DNA of 64,000 bases from Tubulanus polymorphus (lineage: Eukaryota; Animalia; Nemertea), in the NCBI RefSeq assembly GCF_964204645.1, contig NC_134031.1, positions 4,340,001 through 4,404,000 on the forward strand. The letters are read 5' to 3'. Numbering within the stretch: the first letter of the stretch is position 1; each line of letters starts with the position of its first letter. The notes under the pieces are model-generated. The model had not been told where the DNA came from. It saw only the letters and a program-made list of their open reading frames with translations, and did no database searches. Positions 1 to 12,384 of the stretch are shown piece by piece. A program made the translations under genes and the position numbers.

Positions 1-179
1 TCGATCATCGAAAATGCCCATGCTATGTAGAAATAAGCAACTGTTGAACTACGGTGAGTCGTTGGGTGGGGGTTAGTGAACAACATGAAGCTTGTATATA
101 GTTGTGTAGATAAATACCGTGTATATCGCTGTTAGTAGTGAACCAAGCATCTCTCTGGTGTTAAATCAACGTTTGATAC

Positions 180-376
180 CTTTGTATGATGCCTTTCATT
201 TGTCCGTCTTTCTCTGTCGGTTTGATCGACAGTTCGTTGTTTTCGAGTTTGTGTTGCCACTGTCGGATCAAGTGTTCCTGGTTCGATTCTTTCTGGTGCA
301 GTTTTTCCTCGGCCTCGCGTAGACGTGCCTGAGTTTCGGCGAGTTGCTTCGATAGTTTGTCGATCTCGCTTTCGTA
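180..376 (-). CDS. RASAL2: RasGAP C-terminal coiled-coil exon (YESEIDKLSKQL...EKDGQMKGIIQR)
   Basis: Matches the family EKDxQMKxIIxR coiled coil; donor AG|gtatca; the gene continues beyond the window. Confidence 0.92.
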
Positions 377-557
377 CTGAAATCAGACAATCGCGCCAAT
401 GATTAACGACGGGATAGAACGATTCGTTTAGGCTGAAAATGCAGCTTCGTTACACAAACGAGTAATTAAATGGAAAATGGAAATTTTTTTTTCACAAAAA
501 CCTAGGATATAGTAGAATAACCACACTCAAACGTGGAGAATAAATGATATAATAAAT

Positions 558-909
558 ACCCACTACGTACAGATTAGAAATTTTGAAAACCAAGAATTTA
601 TTGAATCAAAATTCTTTAAGACACAACATTTCGAACTGTCACTAGAGATCATCATCAGGTGCGTGAACAATGATCTCAAATGACCTATAAAGTCAAATGA
701 TAAAGACAATTGTATGTAGGTTACGTGGTTACATGAAGCTGTATTCAGGTGGTGTTAATCCAGATTAAAAAGGTTTTTATCATTCTGGGGGGGGGGGGGG
801 CAATTGTCCTAGAATCCTCAAATGAGAGTACAAAATGTTGTGTCATCTTAAAACTTTTTGATTCAATTAATTCTTGGTTTTAAAACTTTTAAATCTGTAC
901 ATAGTGGGT
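558..909. mobile_element. Inverted-repeat element with a minimal hammerhead motif (620-662, minus strand); probable Penelope-like remnant
   Basis: Arms at 558-630 and 833-909 are reverse complements; CTGATGA...GAAA core. Confidence 0.55.
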
Positions 910-1223
910 TTTTATCGCACGAGCCTATGATATGTACGTATTTCTAACATGCAGGGGACAAAAAACTATAGGCTATGACCATGTCCACTCTCGAGATTCT
1001 GTACACATGAATGAAAAAGCGTTTGATGAAAAAAGTAAACTAAGACCATATAAGGGCGCTGAGATCGGTAGAATATAATAGCACCCTGACAATCGGTACT
1101 TACAGGATGTTTTTTATATCGCGTAAGCTTCGTTTAAAACACAAGCACTCATTGAGTTACGATACGAAAATAAATCACGACTTCGAATTTTTCAATATTA
1201 TACACGATCTATTAAATATTCAC

Positions 1224-2636
1224 CTCTACTTTGCTGAGTTCTTGCGCTTGTAGTTTATGTTGTACGGAGCGCACGCCCATTCGGATCGATCCCGTCGGTA
1301 TCGGCAGCGAAGCTCTACGCTGACTGTTCGCCGGGTTATATCTCGGGCTGTCCGGCGGCGTCGACCATCCTGGAGAAATGTCCCAATTCGCGCCGGAGTG
1401 CGACGTCGTCGATATCACCGTATCGGTCGCCGTACGCCGCATGTGACTAACCGGCGCGCTTTGTTGCGACGAATTGCTTTTCGAAACGGAAAAATCGGCG
1501 CTACGCGAAATGTTTTTATCTTGGTTAGCCATCCACGACGATTTGGAAGTCTGTCCCGGCGACGGGGGCGAGGTTAACGTCGGCGACGCAAGCGTCAAAC
1601 TCGCCGATCGGTAACAACCGGGCGACGACGAAAGCGAAGACGAACGATAGTGTCGCGCTTTACCGCTAGGCGGCATCAGTAAGCATTCATCGCTGCGAGA
1701 CGATCCGGTGAATCGCGGCACGTTCAAATCAACCGGTTTGATGACCGGCGAACGCGGCGGAACTTTGCGTTCGCGGCGTTGTAACGAACCGTCCTCGCTG
1801 CTCGTCGAGCCCGAACTCACCGACGAGACTTTCTTCGAACGTCCGACGCTATTATTGTGACTAGAACTGTTGGCTGGATGATGATGATGATGATGAGGTT
1901 GAGGATGATGTTGATGATGTCTATAAACGGGGTTAGCGAACGATAACGGCTGCCGCGGCGTCGGGGTTATTTCCGGTACGGCTGCCGAATCGACCGGCGA
2001 ACTCGACTGACTGAAACTGGCGCCGTAGCTCTGATATCCGGACGACGCGACGTTCGACGTTTGACTAATCTCGCTGCGGTTATCGGCCGTTCCGCCGCTG
2101 CCGCCGTTCGCGACACGGTCGTCGGAGAACGGAATCAAATCGATGAATTCGCCGCCGTTGATGACTTCGGCCGCGCGCACCATCTGATTCCACGACTCGT
2201 TCAGTTTCTCCTCGTTCGCTTTCAAGTCTCTCATCGGACGGTTGAACGACGCGCTCGGACTCAAACTCGTGTCTTCTAATGCGCTGAAGAACGCGTTGTC
2301 TTCGTGCGTCGTTTGCTGACAGGCGCGGTGCGCGCGCGCTAAATTACTCATCACGCAACGATCGTAGACCTGCGTTAGATCCGCGTCGCCGAAACGGAAG
2401 TCGAGATTTCGCGCGCCGCTGTTGCGACGTAGTTCCGGCGTCGACGACGACGCCGGCGGGTAAAGCACGTCGCCGCGTACCGGCGTGTTCTCTTTCTCCC
2501 ACACGTTGTCGTAGTTACGCGTGCGACTGCTGCCCGCGACCGAACGCGGCCGTTTTAAAGTCAGGTCCGGGTTGTCGACGGCGTGCGTGATGTTTTTCAG
2601 AATGTCGGTTAAATCGTCCAAACGTTTCTCAGACGG
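1224..2636 (-). CDS. RASAL2: RasGAP large Ser/His-rich linker exon (471 codons; contains SSGYQS)
   Basis: Long ORF bounded by ttttcag and GAG|gtgaat, phase 0-0. Confidence 0.92.
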
Positions 2637-3535
2637 CTGAAAAACCAAGATGGCAGAAAATTAATCATTCATTTTGTGGAGTTTTGAAAATTTTGAGATG
2701 ATTCCCATAGATTTACTTGTTCAAATATGCCTGTTCTGCATTAGTGTAATTATTTCTATTATATCTTATTGATTCTATTACAATCTGGATTCAATGCAGT
2801 CAAAATTTTCAAAGCATTGATAATAAAACAATAATAGACATTTATACGTATACCGCACTGCAGTGCAGTTTACAATTTAAAGACGCGTTCGAATTGCTAA
2901 TAAAAATGTTCTTCAAAAAGGAAAATTCTAAGACGAGATTTAAAATTCTCAATGTCATTACAGTTCTGAAGACAAAGTATTTATTGTCTACAGTCAATTT
3001 TTAACCCGCAACTGTCAAACTGGTCCCAGTTCCGGAGTTGCGAATAAGATTTAACCTTGAAGGCAAAAAGTTAGAGAGCTATTAACTATTATCAATGAAA
3101 ACCTAACACAGGGTCATTCTAACTGGGTCGTCGATATTAATCCATAAGGATTCACAAAAATACAGGATCAAGGAGGTTCACCGCAGAAGTAAGTAACCAA
3201 AGAGGACAACATCAAGAACAGTAACAATGTAAAGGAGACAACAACGAATTAACATGCTTTTAACAGGAGATTCAAACCGGCAACCAAAGCAAATCAGCAA
3301 ATTAAATCTGTTATCAAATATTGCAGTTTTAAACTGAGTCGTTCCAAATGTAGTTCGCAGTCTTTTTGAAAGAAGGATACAGTCAAACATTGCTCGCGAC
3401 AATACAGCATATCGAATATTGATATCGAATGATTTTCAAATAGATACAAATGAAAGCAATGTTCGCCTGCATTCATCCGAGAAGCAAAATAAAAAGAACA
3501 CTGCCCCCAGTGCACACAACAACTACCTCTAATAC

Positions 3536-3637
3536 CTTATCCAACGTTTCTACAAGCAGTGAATGTAGAATGGATAGCTCCTTCCCGAGGTCGATATAAC
3601 CTTCGAAATCAAGCGTATCTGATGATTCAGTTGTACA
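3536..3637 (-). CDS. RASAL2: RasGAP exon (CTTESSDTLDFEGYIDLGKELSILHSLLVETLDK)
   Basis: FEGYIDLGxELS motif; an alternative in-frame donor lies 9 nt further, at 3527. Confidence 0.93.
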
Positions 3638-3959
3638 CTGAAAATAGATAAAATTGAATGACATTCTTATAATAACAATTGAATTTTCTATAGCGCCCTT
3701 TTTACTGAGACACAATGCTTTTCCTTAGTTGGGAGTTATTACCACAGCCTATAACTCCAACCGCTTCATTAGTCATCTCTCCCTGGGGAGAAGTAACACC
3801 CGAGCACCTGTTAGGCACTGAGGAGGCGCTGAGGAGGCACTGAGGAGTCATCTTTCAGGCCGGGTACCCACTTACTCTTGGGTCGAGAAAGGCAATGAGG
3901 ATAAGTGTCTTGTTTGAGGACTAAAATGAGAAATCTGTTTAAAACCGTGGTAAACTTAC

Positions 3960-4126
3960 GGATATTTTGTTTAGGAAACTTTTCATCGTAGCCCATTCAC
4001 GTTCGACAAAAACGTTCATGTATGTCATGTATTCTTCTTTGCCGCCGAATTTCGTAAAGTTTGCGAGACTCTGGATCGTTTTTGCGATTAATGTGAGATT
4101 CCGTGCTGATTTCTCATCTGGATATT
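3960..4126 (-). CDS. RASAL2: RasGAP domain exon ([34 protein letters not shown]...FLNKIS)
   Basis: LTLIAKxIQxLAN motif. Confidence 0.98.
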
Positions 4127-4443
4127 CTACAAAATAATGCCAAAAACTGATTATGTATGTTCAACGTTTTTTTGGGTCAGAGGTGCAATAAGTTATGATT
4201 TACACGTAAGGCCAATCCCAAAGCATTCGTTTCGATAGCTAATCTAAGGAATAGTTGCTCATTCATTACTAAATACCATAGGAACAAAGAACTTTGAATT
4301 GTCACTTAGTCAACTATCCACTGGTTAACTCTAAGCAACTTTCGAGCAACTGGCCCCAGCATGTAATGACTCCATAACCATAGTGTTAAACCAAAACTAG
4401 ACTTGTAATTCAGGCAAATATGATATTCTGCTTTAAAACTAAC

Positions 4444-4592
4444 CTTGACTGAGACCGAACAGACTAGGAGACAGTATGGCTGGACATAGAAACCGTAGAA
4501 ATATTGAAGCACTGATGAGATTGTCGCTGATATCCTCTTTACCGCGGTGATGACAACATTCACGAAAACTAGCGAAAACTTCTTTCAATTCT
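4444..4592 (-). CDS. RASAL2: RasGAP domain exon with FLR signature (ELKEVF...[23 protein letters not shown])
   Basis: [12 protein letters not shown] RasGAP signature. Confidence 0.98.
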
Positions 4593-4674
4593 CTGTAAAA
4601 TCAATTACATACCAGGAGATGAGATGCCGCTTAAAGTAACCCGTTAATTTGCACGGATTTAAGTTATAGCATAC

Positions 4675-4853
4675 TTTGGAAAGTAACAGAAACTGTTGAT
4701 TATTTTCACCCAGGCCATTTCGCAGTACATCATCAGATTCGTTTGGTTCTGTTGTAGACTGGCAGGTGGCAGCACTCTGGACGGATCCACCTCGCAATCA
4801 TCGGGAAATTCGATAATCGACTTCACAAAATCGCTCAATGTATCGTGTAAATA
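4675..4853 (-). CDS. RASAL2: RasGAP domain exon (YLHDTLSDFV...CEVDPS...NSFCYFP)
   Basis: CEVDP motif; GT-AG. Confidence 0.97.
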
Positions 4854-5248
4854 CTGAAGGAAAAGGAACATATAATTGCATTAGAGTAATTTGAAGAAAA
4901 ATTGCGTGGTCACTTTCATTTGACTTGCTTTTCCCTTGACTTTTCCCTGACTATTCCATGACATGCATGTTGTTTTCCCTTGACTTAATCTGCTAAGAAT
5001 CCAATTAATTAACTCTGTCAATTACGTAAGACTTAGATGGAAACTGTTTGATTTTACGCATGATCTAGCTATCTCAACAAATTTCCCTGACTTTTTTCAG
5101 ATCTTAAGCTTTTTTGAAAAATTTCCTTCTGACTTTTTTAAAGAAAAGAAGATTCCCCAACTCTCCCTGATTTTTCTGATTTCAAAGTAAGTGGCAACCC
5201 TGAAAATTGAAGATTAAATTTTGCGCTGAAACCAATCTTATACTTTAC

Positions 5249-5328
5249 CTTATCTCCGACTAGTTTCATGTATGCTTCAATTGACTTGGTAGCAATACTG
5301 TTCCCACGGAATGTCATATGTTCATTAT
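5249..5328 (-). CDS. RASAL2: RasGAP domain exon with arginine finger (DNEHMTFRGNSIATKSIEAYMKLVGDK)
   Basis: Catalytic FRGNS motif. Confidence 0.97.
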
Positions 5329-5776
5329 CTAAACAGAAGCAAATTAAATCCTCAAATTCATAACTAATTAACCATTATTTCAGGAATTATGTCCCCCATA
5401 AACTGGTAATTTGCCACACAAATAAGATAGACTTAGCAACACAAATATAATGGAATTAAACCAACAGTCAGGGGTAGTCAAAATAACTTAATAAGTTTCA
5501 AACAATAAGATTTATTAAAGAGGGACAGAATCATACAAACGAGCATTTCTGAATCCTTGGAATTGCTTGAATGTTCTTAAATAGTCTTAAATTTTTGAAA
5601 TTCGAAGCTTGAGAGGGGTGTTTTCTGGACCTTTCAGGCAAAATATTCAGGAAATTTCAGGAAATTTTGAACTAAGTATGCTGAACTTGGATTTAAAAGG
5701 GGGTCATCCGCACTCCAACCCCTTCTGGCGACGCACATGAATATCAATGTTTTTGTTCTACCCATATATATATTAC

Positions 5777-5939
5777 CTAGCCTGTCAACTTCTGCCATCA
5801 CGATGTCTGTTAGAAACTTCTTGGCCTGGCCAAGATTTTGAAAGATGTGTACTAAAGACGTGGCCACGTCGGTTTTCGCCTTGACGCTCACTAACGGCTC
5901 AAGTACATCGACTAGCACCAAATAATTATCAGTCAGATA
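5777..5939 (-). CDS. RASAL2: RasGAP domain exon (YLTDNYLVLVDVLEP...AKKFLTDIVMAEVDRL)
   Basis: GAP helices; GT-AG. Confidence 0.96.
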
Positions 5940-6021
5940 CTGGAATATAATAACGTTCGAAGTATTTTCTAACGTAATAGAAGCGAAAAATAGAAATAGA
6001 AATGAATGTAATTTATTCTAC

Positions 6022-6148
6022 CTGGATGAAATTCTTGTACATAACCATAGGCAGTATTTCAATAGTTTGATACTTGGCCTTGATACGAATAATCGGGAGT
6101 TCATTCTTCTCCTTGCCTTTGCCTAGTATTGCACAACTAGCCGTATAC
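6022..6148 (-). CDS. RASAL2: RasGAP exon, end of C2 (YTASC...PIIRIKAKYQTIEILPMVMYKNFIQ)
   Basis: IRIKAxYQ..ILP motif; not in the ORF track. Confidence 0.95.
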
Positions 6149-6235
6149 CTGCGTATGAAAAAAAAAACAATCGAAAAACGAACTTCATGAGATTAATAGG
6201 AAATATGGCAGAACACACAGTACAAACAACAATGT

Positions 6236-6427
6236 ATGTAAAGTTCTTGAGTAAAAGGTTTGTATATTTGAGCAACGATTCAGCTATAGACTAATAGCAA
6301 AAATACATAAAGAGGACCCTCTTTATGTTATTTTGCTAATAGCCATTCTTAGGCATACTGCATGCCTATTGATCTATAGCCAAAATATTCCTCAAATATA
6401 TACCCCTTAAACTCAAGAACTTTACAT
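6236..6427. mobile_element. Fold-back MITE with long imperfect TIRs and an internal palindrome
   Basis: ATGTAAAGTTCTTGAGT ... ACTCAAGAACTTTACAT. Confidence 0.65.
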
Positions 6428-6470
6428 CTTTGGCTGAACCATTGCAGAATTTATCTTGTATTTATCACAG

Positions 6471-6755
6471 CAGTACTCTCAATTACAGGTTTTAGAGGGG
6501 CGGCCACCCGTTTAATTTTTACATCCACCCCTCTGAGAATCAGCCACCCATTATAAAATATCTTCCACTACTACCAGAGTGGATGTCTATATTCTTTCAA
6601 TGCTGCTTTGAATTATATTTAGCTGATGTAAAAATTAGAAGATTACACCGAAATTAAGCTTAGATTTTTGTTATTTTTTGGGGGATCGAAAGCTTTGCTA
6701 CTTCAGCAGCCACGATGTAATAATGTTTTAAAATTCCAGCCTATGGAGAACACTG
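6471..6755. mobile_element. Dispersed ~280 bp repeat (second copy at about 20914-21207)
   Basis: Two similar copies with TIR-like ends CAGTGTTCTCCA. Confidence 0.7.
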
Positions 6756-6794
6756 CACAGATATTGTTTATCTTCTCGACTAATTAATACATAC

Positions 6795-6935
6795 CATCTT
6801 TCAATGAGATGACGACTGTGTATTTCTGTAACCGGTATATTTATATAACCGACCAACACGTTTTTCTCTTTTTTACGTTTTTTATCCGGTTCGCGATAGA
6901 GATTCACTGTTATAACGTCAACCGACGGAAGATTG
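6795..6935 (-). CDS. RASAL2: RasGAP exon, C2 domain (NLPSVDVITVNLYREPDKKRKKEKNVLVGYINIP...ERW)
   Basis: Family motif; phases match both neighbours. Confidence 0.96.
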
Positions 6936-7388
6936 CTGTAAATATAAAATGACACATGATGGAATGATAGAACCATGGAAACAACAGACAGGGTCCCAAC
7001 AGATCGGTCACTCCTGGATATAACAAGTTTTCAACGGGTTTTAAAGGAACAAAATTTCCCATTTCGAAGAAGTATCTGCATCATTTTTACATCCCAATTA
7101 TTCCTCCTAAATTGGAACTGCTTATCTCATTAAACCATTAATTCAGTGGTTTCATAAGCAAATTTTGATTCTTTAATCTACCTAAACTCAGTTTCTAAAT
7201 CGGTAACCGCCTAATTGGGTAAAAACAAATCCTGCTCCCAGCTGTATCGATTTAGGCTTAGTTTACCGTACAGCTAAAATCTAGACAAAAATTTCTAATT
7301 GCCTATTTCTCAAAATTGATGGAGTTTTAAAGGAGTAAGTTGGGGACTGTACGGTCCGAATACGAAAAAAACCTGATACAACACTAAC

Positions 7389-7589
7389 CTGAAATCGAAC
7401 TGTTCTCCCCAGAACAGCATGTCTCCTTTCGTTTTCGACGAGGTCCTCGCGTATAACGTCCGGTCTAAACATATCTCACAGAAATAACGTTTCTTCGGCG
7501 GCGTGTTTTTGGCTTCTTGTACCCAGATTTTCAGCGAGTTGTGAGTTCTCCTGATTTTGTCGTCGTCCGGGTTCATCGTTCTTCGCAAA
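7389..7589 (-). CDS. RASAL2: RasGAP exon, start of C2 domain ([20 protein letters not shown]...FWGEQFDF)
   Basis: SynGAP-type C2 motif; GT-AG. Confidence 0.96.
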
Positions 7590-7733
7590 CTGAAGAGAAA
7601 AGAAAAACAAAAATATTGAAAATCGATTTTTTGAGTTTTCAAGGTTTTCCAGGTCAATGGCCACCCTGTATACCAATTATACCAGTACACACTGTACTTT
7701 TGAAGTAGAACATTCTACAGATCATTTACTCAC

Positions 7734-7955
7734 CAATGAAGCCATTTTTCTCGTTCAGCCGCCGAACGACACGAATAATATTTATGGTTATTCTTGCTCA
7801 TAACTTGGAAGCAGTTGTCTTGTTTCAGTATGCTGTGATGTAACGGCCGCACGACGACATCGGCAGCCGTTAAATCCTGAGTGTGGAATGGTGAATTCGT
7901 GATTAGCAGTGATTCGTGTGACCGCGACGTTCTCATGCAAACCGGTCCGGGAGGA
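7734..7955 (-). CDS. RASAL2: RasGAP exon, C-terminal half of PH domain (SRSHESLL...CFQV...CRSAAEREKW)
   Basis: Family motifs SRSHESLL and CRSAAERxKW; GT-AG; phase 2-2. Confidence 0.95.
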
Positions 7956-8072
7956 CTGAAAATAACATAAACGCACGTTCTTAGTCAATCCGTATAGATT
8001 TACTGATTAAACTCAATATTGGAATGACAGTTATATCTAAATGATAACAAACTGAAGGAATATACTCATTAA

Positions 8073-8363
8073 CCCTTTCAGTGATGACTAATCAATACTC
8101 GAGAAAGTGCTGCAGATAATTTGAAACTTTTAACGATTTTACCCCAGTGAGTTGTATAACAAGCATACCGCTTTTTAGTGCATCTACACCACAGTGCGGT
8201 GTATCAATTAGTTACTAATATTTCTACATTTTAAACAGGGGCTGCCATCTTTCAATAAGAGATAGAAACTAATTACTAATAACATCAATAAACCGGGATG
8301 CAGTGTGTAGCGAAGTCCATCTCAGATCTATACACCGCACTGTGGTGTAGACACATGAAAGGG
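8073..8363. mobile_element. piggyBac-type MITE (TIR CCCTTTCAGTG)
   Basis: TTAA on the left flank and a degenerate right end; same family as the four copies below. Confidence 0.75.
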
Positions 8364-8693
8364 TTAGAATAGGATCAATTCACGAAAAACCCTTTAAATC
8401 GATCTAATTTCTTCCATATTTCAATCTATATCTTAAATCGATACAAGAGTTTATCATTTTTGTGAAACTGGACCCAGTAGCATAATAAAAAATAGCTAAT
8501 TACACAGTTATATGTAAAGTTGAGTAAGAAATCGGTTCATTCTCAAAAATATAACATCAGAGTCAAATTTGAATCTAGAATTGTTTGAGCATATGGAGTC
8601 GGTAACAGAATAACTTTAAGTTTAAATTTGATCCAGGGTAGAATCATCAGAAACAAACTGATTTTTTAAGCCCTAGTCACGCTGAGAACCCTG

Positions 8694-8831
8694 GGGCCAG
8701 TTGCACAGTCGTGACTTAAGTCCAAAAGTGGTCTTAAATCTTAAGACTGGTCCTACGTTGTTAGATTGGCTATAGAACTAAGTTGGTCTTAGAATGGTCT
8801 TAAGTCTAAGCCATGACTATGCAACCGGCCC
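8694..8831. mobile_element. PIF/Harbinger-type MITE (TIR GGGCCRGTTGCA, TSD CTG)
   Basis: TIRs and a 3-bp CWG duplication; related degenerate copy at about 25760-25990. Confidence 0.75.
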
Positions 8832-9257
8832 CTGATTATCGAAATTTTTTATGTATTTTCAATTTTCGCAATAACCTCATTGTTCTTCAGAGGCGTATCT
8901 GATAGGTTTTTTTAGAAATGATTTTTCCAGGTATGAAATCGGATGTAGGGCGAAAACAATGATAACAAAGATCCATTATCAAGATTACAACTGACAACAT
9001 CAGACAAACAGCAAAACAACTGCAGCCTTTCAAACTCACATCAAAGCACAATAATGAAGTTAATCCGTTGTCGTGAACTTGGTTGCATCGAACTCACGGC
9101 GCTGAAATCTGGCTTTTTTACACGATTTTCAAAGTCAAATTTCAAAGAGAGCATCTGTTTTCAGCAAGGTTTTATCGTTATCCTTTCGGATAACAACTGC
9201 TGTTTCATCGATAACATGGAAAATTGAACTTTCTTCTTTAAACTGGGCCCGGAGTTA

Positions 9258-9571
9258 GCCGCGATCACACAAGCGTTTTGGGCCTGCCGCGGAACAACCA
9301 TTTACATGGGTGCCTAATGGGCCCGTGCCAGTTTGGCCCAACCGAGGCGAAAACGTTGGACCAGGCCCCAGCCAAATTTTAGAACGGGTCAAATTTAAGC
9401 GTTTGAATTGCACCTGGTTCCGGAAGTGACTCACTTCGCTTTGCTTAAGCATTGTTTGATATCAAGTGAGTGGTTTACGTGTGAATGCACTATCTAGGCA
9501 TGGGCCATATTTAACTCGGGCCTGATCCGGGCCAACGTGGCCCAAGAGTGTCTCAAGAGTGTGATGGTGGC
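9258..9571. mobile_element. MITE family with TIR GCCGCGATCACAC (TTA/TAA flanks, Harbinger-like)
   Basis: Other copies at about 11432-11768, 39065-39482, 45093-45385, 48720-48880 and 57815-57915 share the GGGTGCCAAATGGGCCCG core. Confidence 0.75.
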
Positions 9572-10591
9572 TTATGAGTTGAGAGGAATAGAGAAATTTA
9601 TGCCCGTGATAACGAGTACGAGTTCGGGGGCTACAAATAGCAAATATGTCGAGCGCTGATGAAAGGGAAATTCAATTAGTTTGTCATCACACTTTCGCTG
9701 AAAGCTGATGAAAAACACGAATGTAAAGGTTTTTGAAATGTCACCACTGACATTCAAACGCGCAACCTCGGCATCAAACGCTTCGGGAAAATTGCTGACA
9801 AACCGAAGGTAGTGAAAGAAATGGAAGCGAAAAAATGACCACCCCCGCATTTGAATCAAAATCGTGAATAATAATCACAGGAGTCCTAATAGCGTATTCT
9901 GGTTCATAATAAACACCCTGATGTAAAAAATGCAAGTTTAATTTCATAAGCGCATAGGTTTTATTTATTCAATCGGTTTTGATATGATAAGGAAATGCGG
10001 GCACCCGAAGAAAAACCTGATGCCACAATTTTAAAAGTGCATAGGTTTTATATAATTGGTTTTGATATGAAGATGATAAGGAAAACTGAAATGCGGCCAC
10101 TCCAAGAAAACCCGATGCCACAAAGAGTTAGAAGCCTTGGATTCTGCTTCCAGAGTCGCCGGAGACAAATATCGATGGCCGAAGGGATGAAGAGAATTGA
10201 GTTAGTCTTGTTGGTTTTGCTTTCGTGCTAGCATCAAATCGAACCCAAAAAAATCAACCAGTTCGAAAATCAAACTCTTCTCAGAGATTTTGCCGCCAGT
10301 TGCGGATGGAATCTAATGCAGTTGTTTATCGATCGCGATTAGTTCACAGTCCGCCCGTTCTATTCGTAATTCTCATCACGATAATTCGCCATTTATTGTC
10401 TGCGCCGATAATCTTACACCCGAACAGTTCCAGTCGCTAACGACTATTCCTTCAGGAACGAAGCGGACGTGACACGAGAATCGCATACACGAAAATACCA
10501 CACAACCCTACACCGACCGGCTATACAAATAACATGCATATGATTCAGAAACATTTAGTAAGGATTTAGATATGAATAAAGTTATATGTTA

Positions 10592-10835
10592 GGCTGAAAA
10601 AATGATACCTTGTTTCCCATCTGCTGAGGCTAAAAGTTGACCCAGCCAGGCACCTACACTCTCTGTACATAACTTTTAAAAATCATGATCAGACCTCGGA
10701 GTTCAATGATTACTCCAAGATCAGACTAGCAATGACTGACCCGGCTGCTAGAGAAATGAACTGATTACAAATTTCATTGGAATTTTCAAAATGAACCGGC
10801 CCTCTGCGGAGAAACAAGGTATCATTTTTTCAGCC
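10592..10835. mobile_element. MITE with ~25-bp TIR GGCTGAAAAAATGATACCTTGTTTC and TSD TTA (Harbinger-like)
   Basis: Perfect TIRs and a TTA duplication. Confidence 0.85.
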
Positions 10836-11038
10836 TTATGTATAAAATGAAGAACTAAATTCATGCGCCATAGCACTGCACATCATGCAAAAACATCGGT
10901 AAATCCTGATTATTCTAAATCTACATCGATACGTTGTATAAATGAATTCCCGAAAACCAAAACAATCCACGAATTCGATAATTTGTCTAGACTAAGACTA
11001 ATTATAGCGTATTTGTTGTGTAGCAATCACCACCTCAC

Positions 11039-11212
11039 CTTTCATCAATAGTGGCCGGAAGAGATTCGTCGGGCGTGTACGCTCCAGGCAACGTGACACT
11101 ACTACCGGTGCCACCTACGACGACGCTGCCGCTCGACGCTGTACTCTTACGGCTGATTCGACCCAAACTAAAACTACGTTTTAACGGACTGGAGGACGAC
11201 GAGATTTTGTGG
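11039..11212 (-). CDS. RASAL2: Symmetric 174-nt phase 2-2 Ser-rich exon (HKISSSSSPLKRSFSLGR...PATIDE)
   Basis: Acceptor ggtttcag, donor AG|gtgagg, open frame; can be skipped without a frameshift. Confidence 0.72.
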
Positions 11213-11431
11213 CTGAAACCGGGAGACAAATAAACATACAAAAAAACTGCCGATAAAACGCCCCACCAAGCTTGAAATAGCAGAGAACTTAGTCCTTCAG
11301 TCACAGGTCTACAATGGGAGATCTTAATACAAGCCAAAATCAAGGAACACCCCACAAAAAATTCGTAGAGCAAATAAGGTTTCCAGTTTTATATTGGCTC
11401 TGCTGTTGAAATGCAGTTCTTGAAATCATAA

Positions 11432-11768
11432 GCCGCGATCGCAAAAGCACTTATGACCCGTGCCAAATTAGGCCCGGAACAACTGTTCACATGGGTGCCA
11501 AATTGGCGAGTACCAGTTTGGCCCGATAAGATATGTCGGACCAGGCCCGAGCTAAATTTTAGCACGAATGTGCGTCTGAATTGCTACTGGTTGCGGAAGT
11601 GACTCTTGTTTTCCGCTTTTATTCAGCATTGTTGGAAGTGACTCCGCTTTGGTTCAGCATTGTTGAGTATTTGAGTGATTGGTAAAAGTGCTCCCTAATT
11701 AGGACAGGCTAAATTTGACAAGGGTCTGAGTTTGGCCAGCGCCAAATCGACTCCCGTGTAATCGCGGC
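11432..11768. mobile_element. MITE, GCCGCGATC TIR family
   Basis: TIRs at both ends. Confidence 0.75.
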
Positions 11769-12384
11769 TATATTCTCATATACAAATACTTTATACCGTA
11801 TTCGTATATACGTCTCTTGATAAGTTTAGATATTGTATTAACATTGTAGGAACCTGTGACGAGAGTGACTAAGTTTTAGGAAAACTACCCGTCAATTCGA
11901 AGGACAAAACACAACGAATATCTATTCCAAGCGGAGGTGGGTTGTTCTAAAGCGATAATAATATCATGAAACAATTGAAAAAAACAGACGAATATATTGT
12001 CAACGGATATAAAGGAAATAGTCTAAAAATCGCTACTGCTAATGATGAAAAAAATCTAGAAAATGATTTCTAAGCAAGCTTAAAGCATATAAACTTCGTA
12101 TTAATTTCATGTTTTGCGTCATTCATGCATTGAAAAAGTTAGTTAGAGAGATGAATCAAATTGTTAATTCTAGATGTACGATTCTTTCATCAATTCATAC
12201 GGATACATGCATGGCGCGTACTTATCTAACAACTAAACTACTAAATACATGATTTCGAAAAGAAGATTAAAACGATGCCGTTAAAAATGGAATGAAATGA
12301 AAAGATTAATCGCCAGATTTCGCAAGAAATCAAAACGTTTGAATGAATAATATACATTCGGAGAGTTTTGGGAAAATCGCTTAC

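Noticed and set aside
3840-3925. Possible SINE central-domain remnant (minus strand)
   Set aside because: The resemblance is from memory only, the match is short, and there is no second copy or Pol III head in the window.
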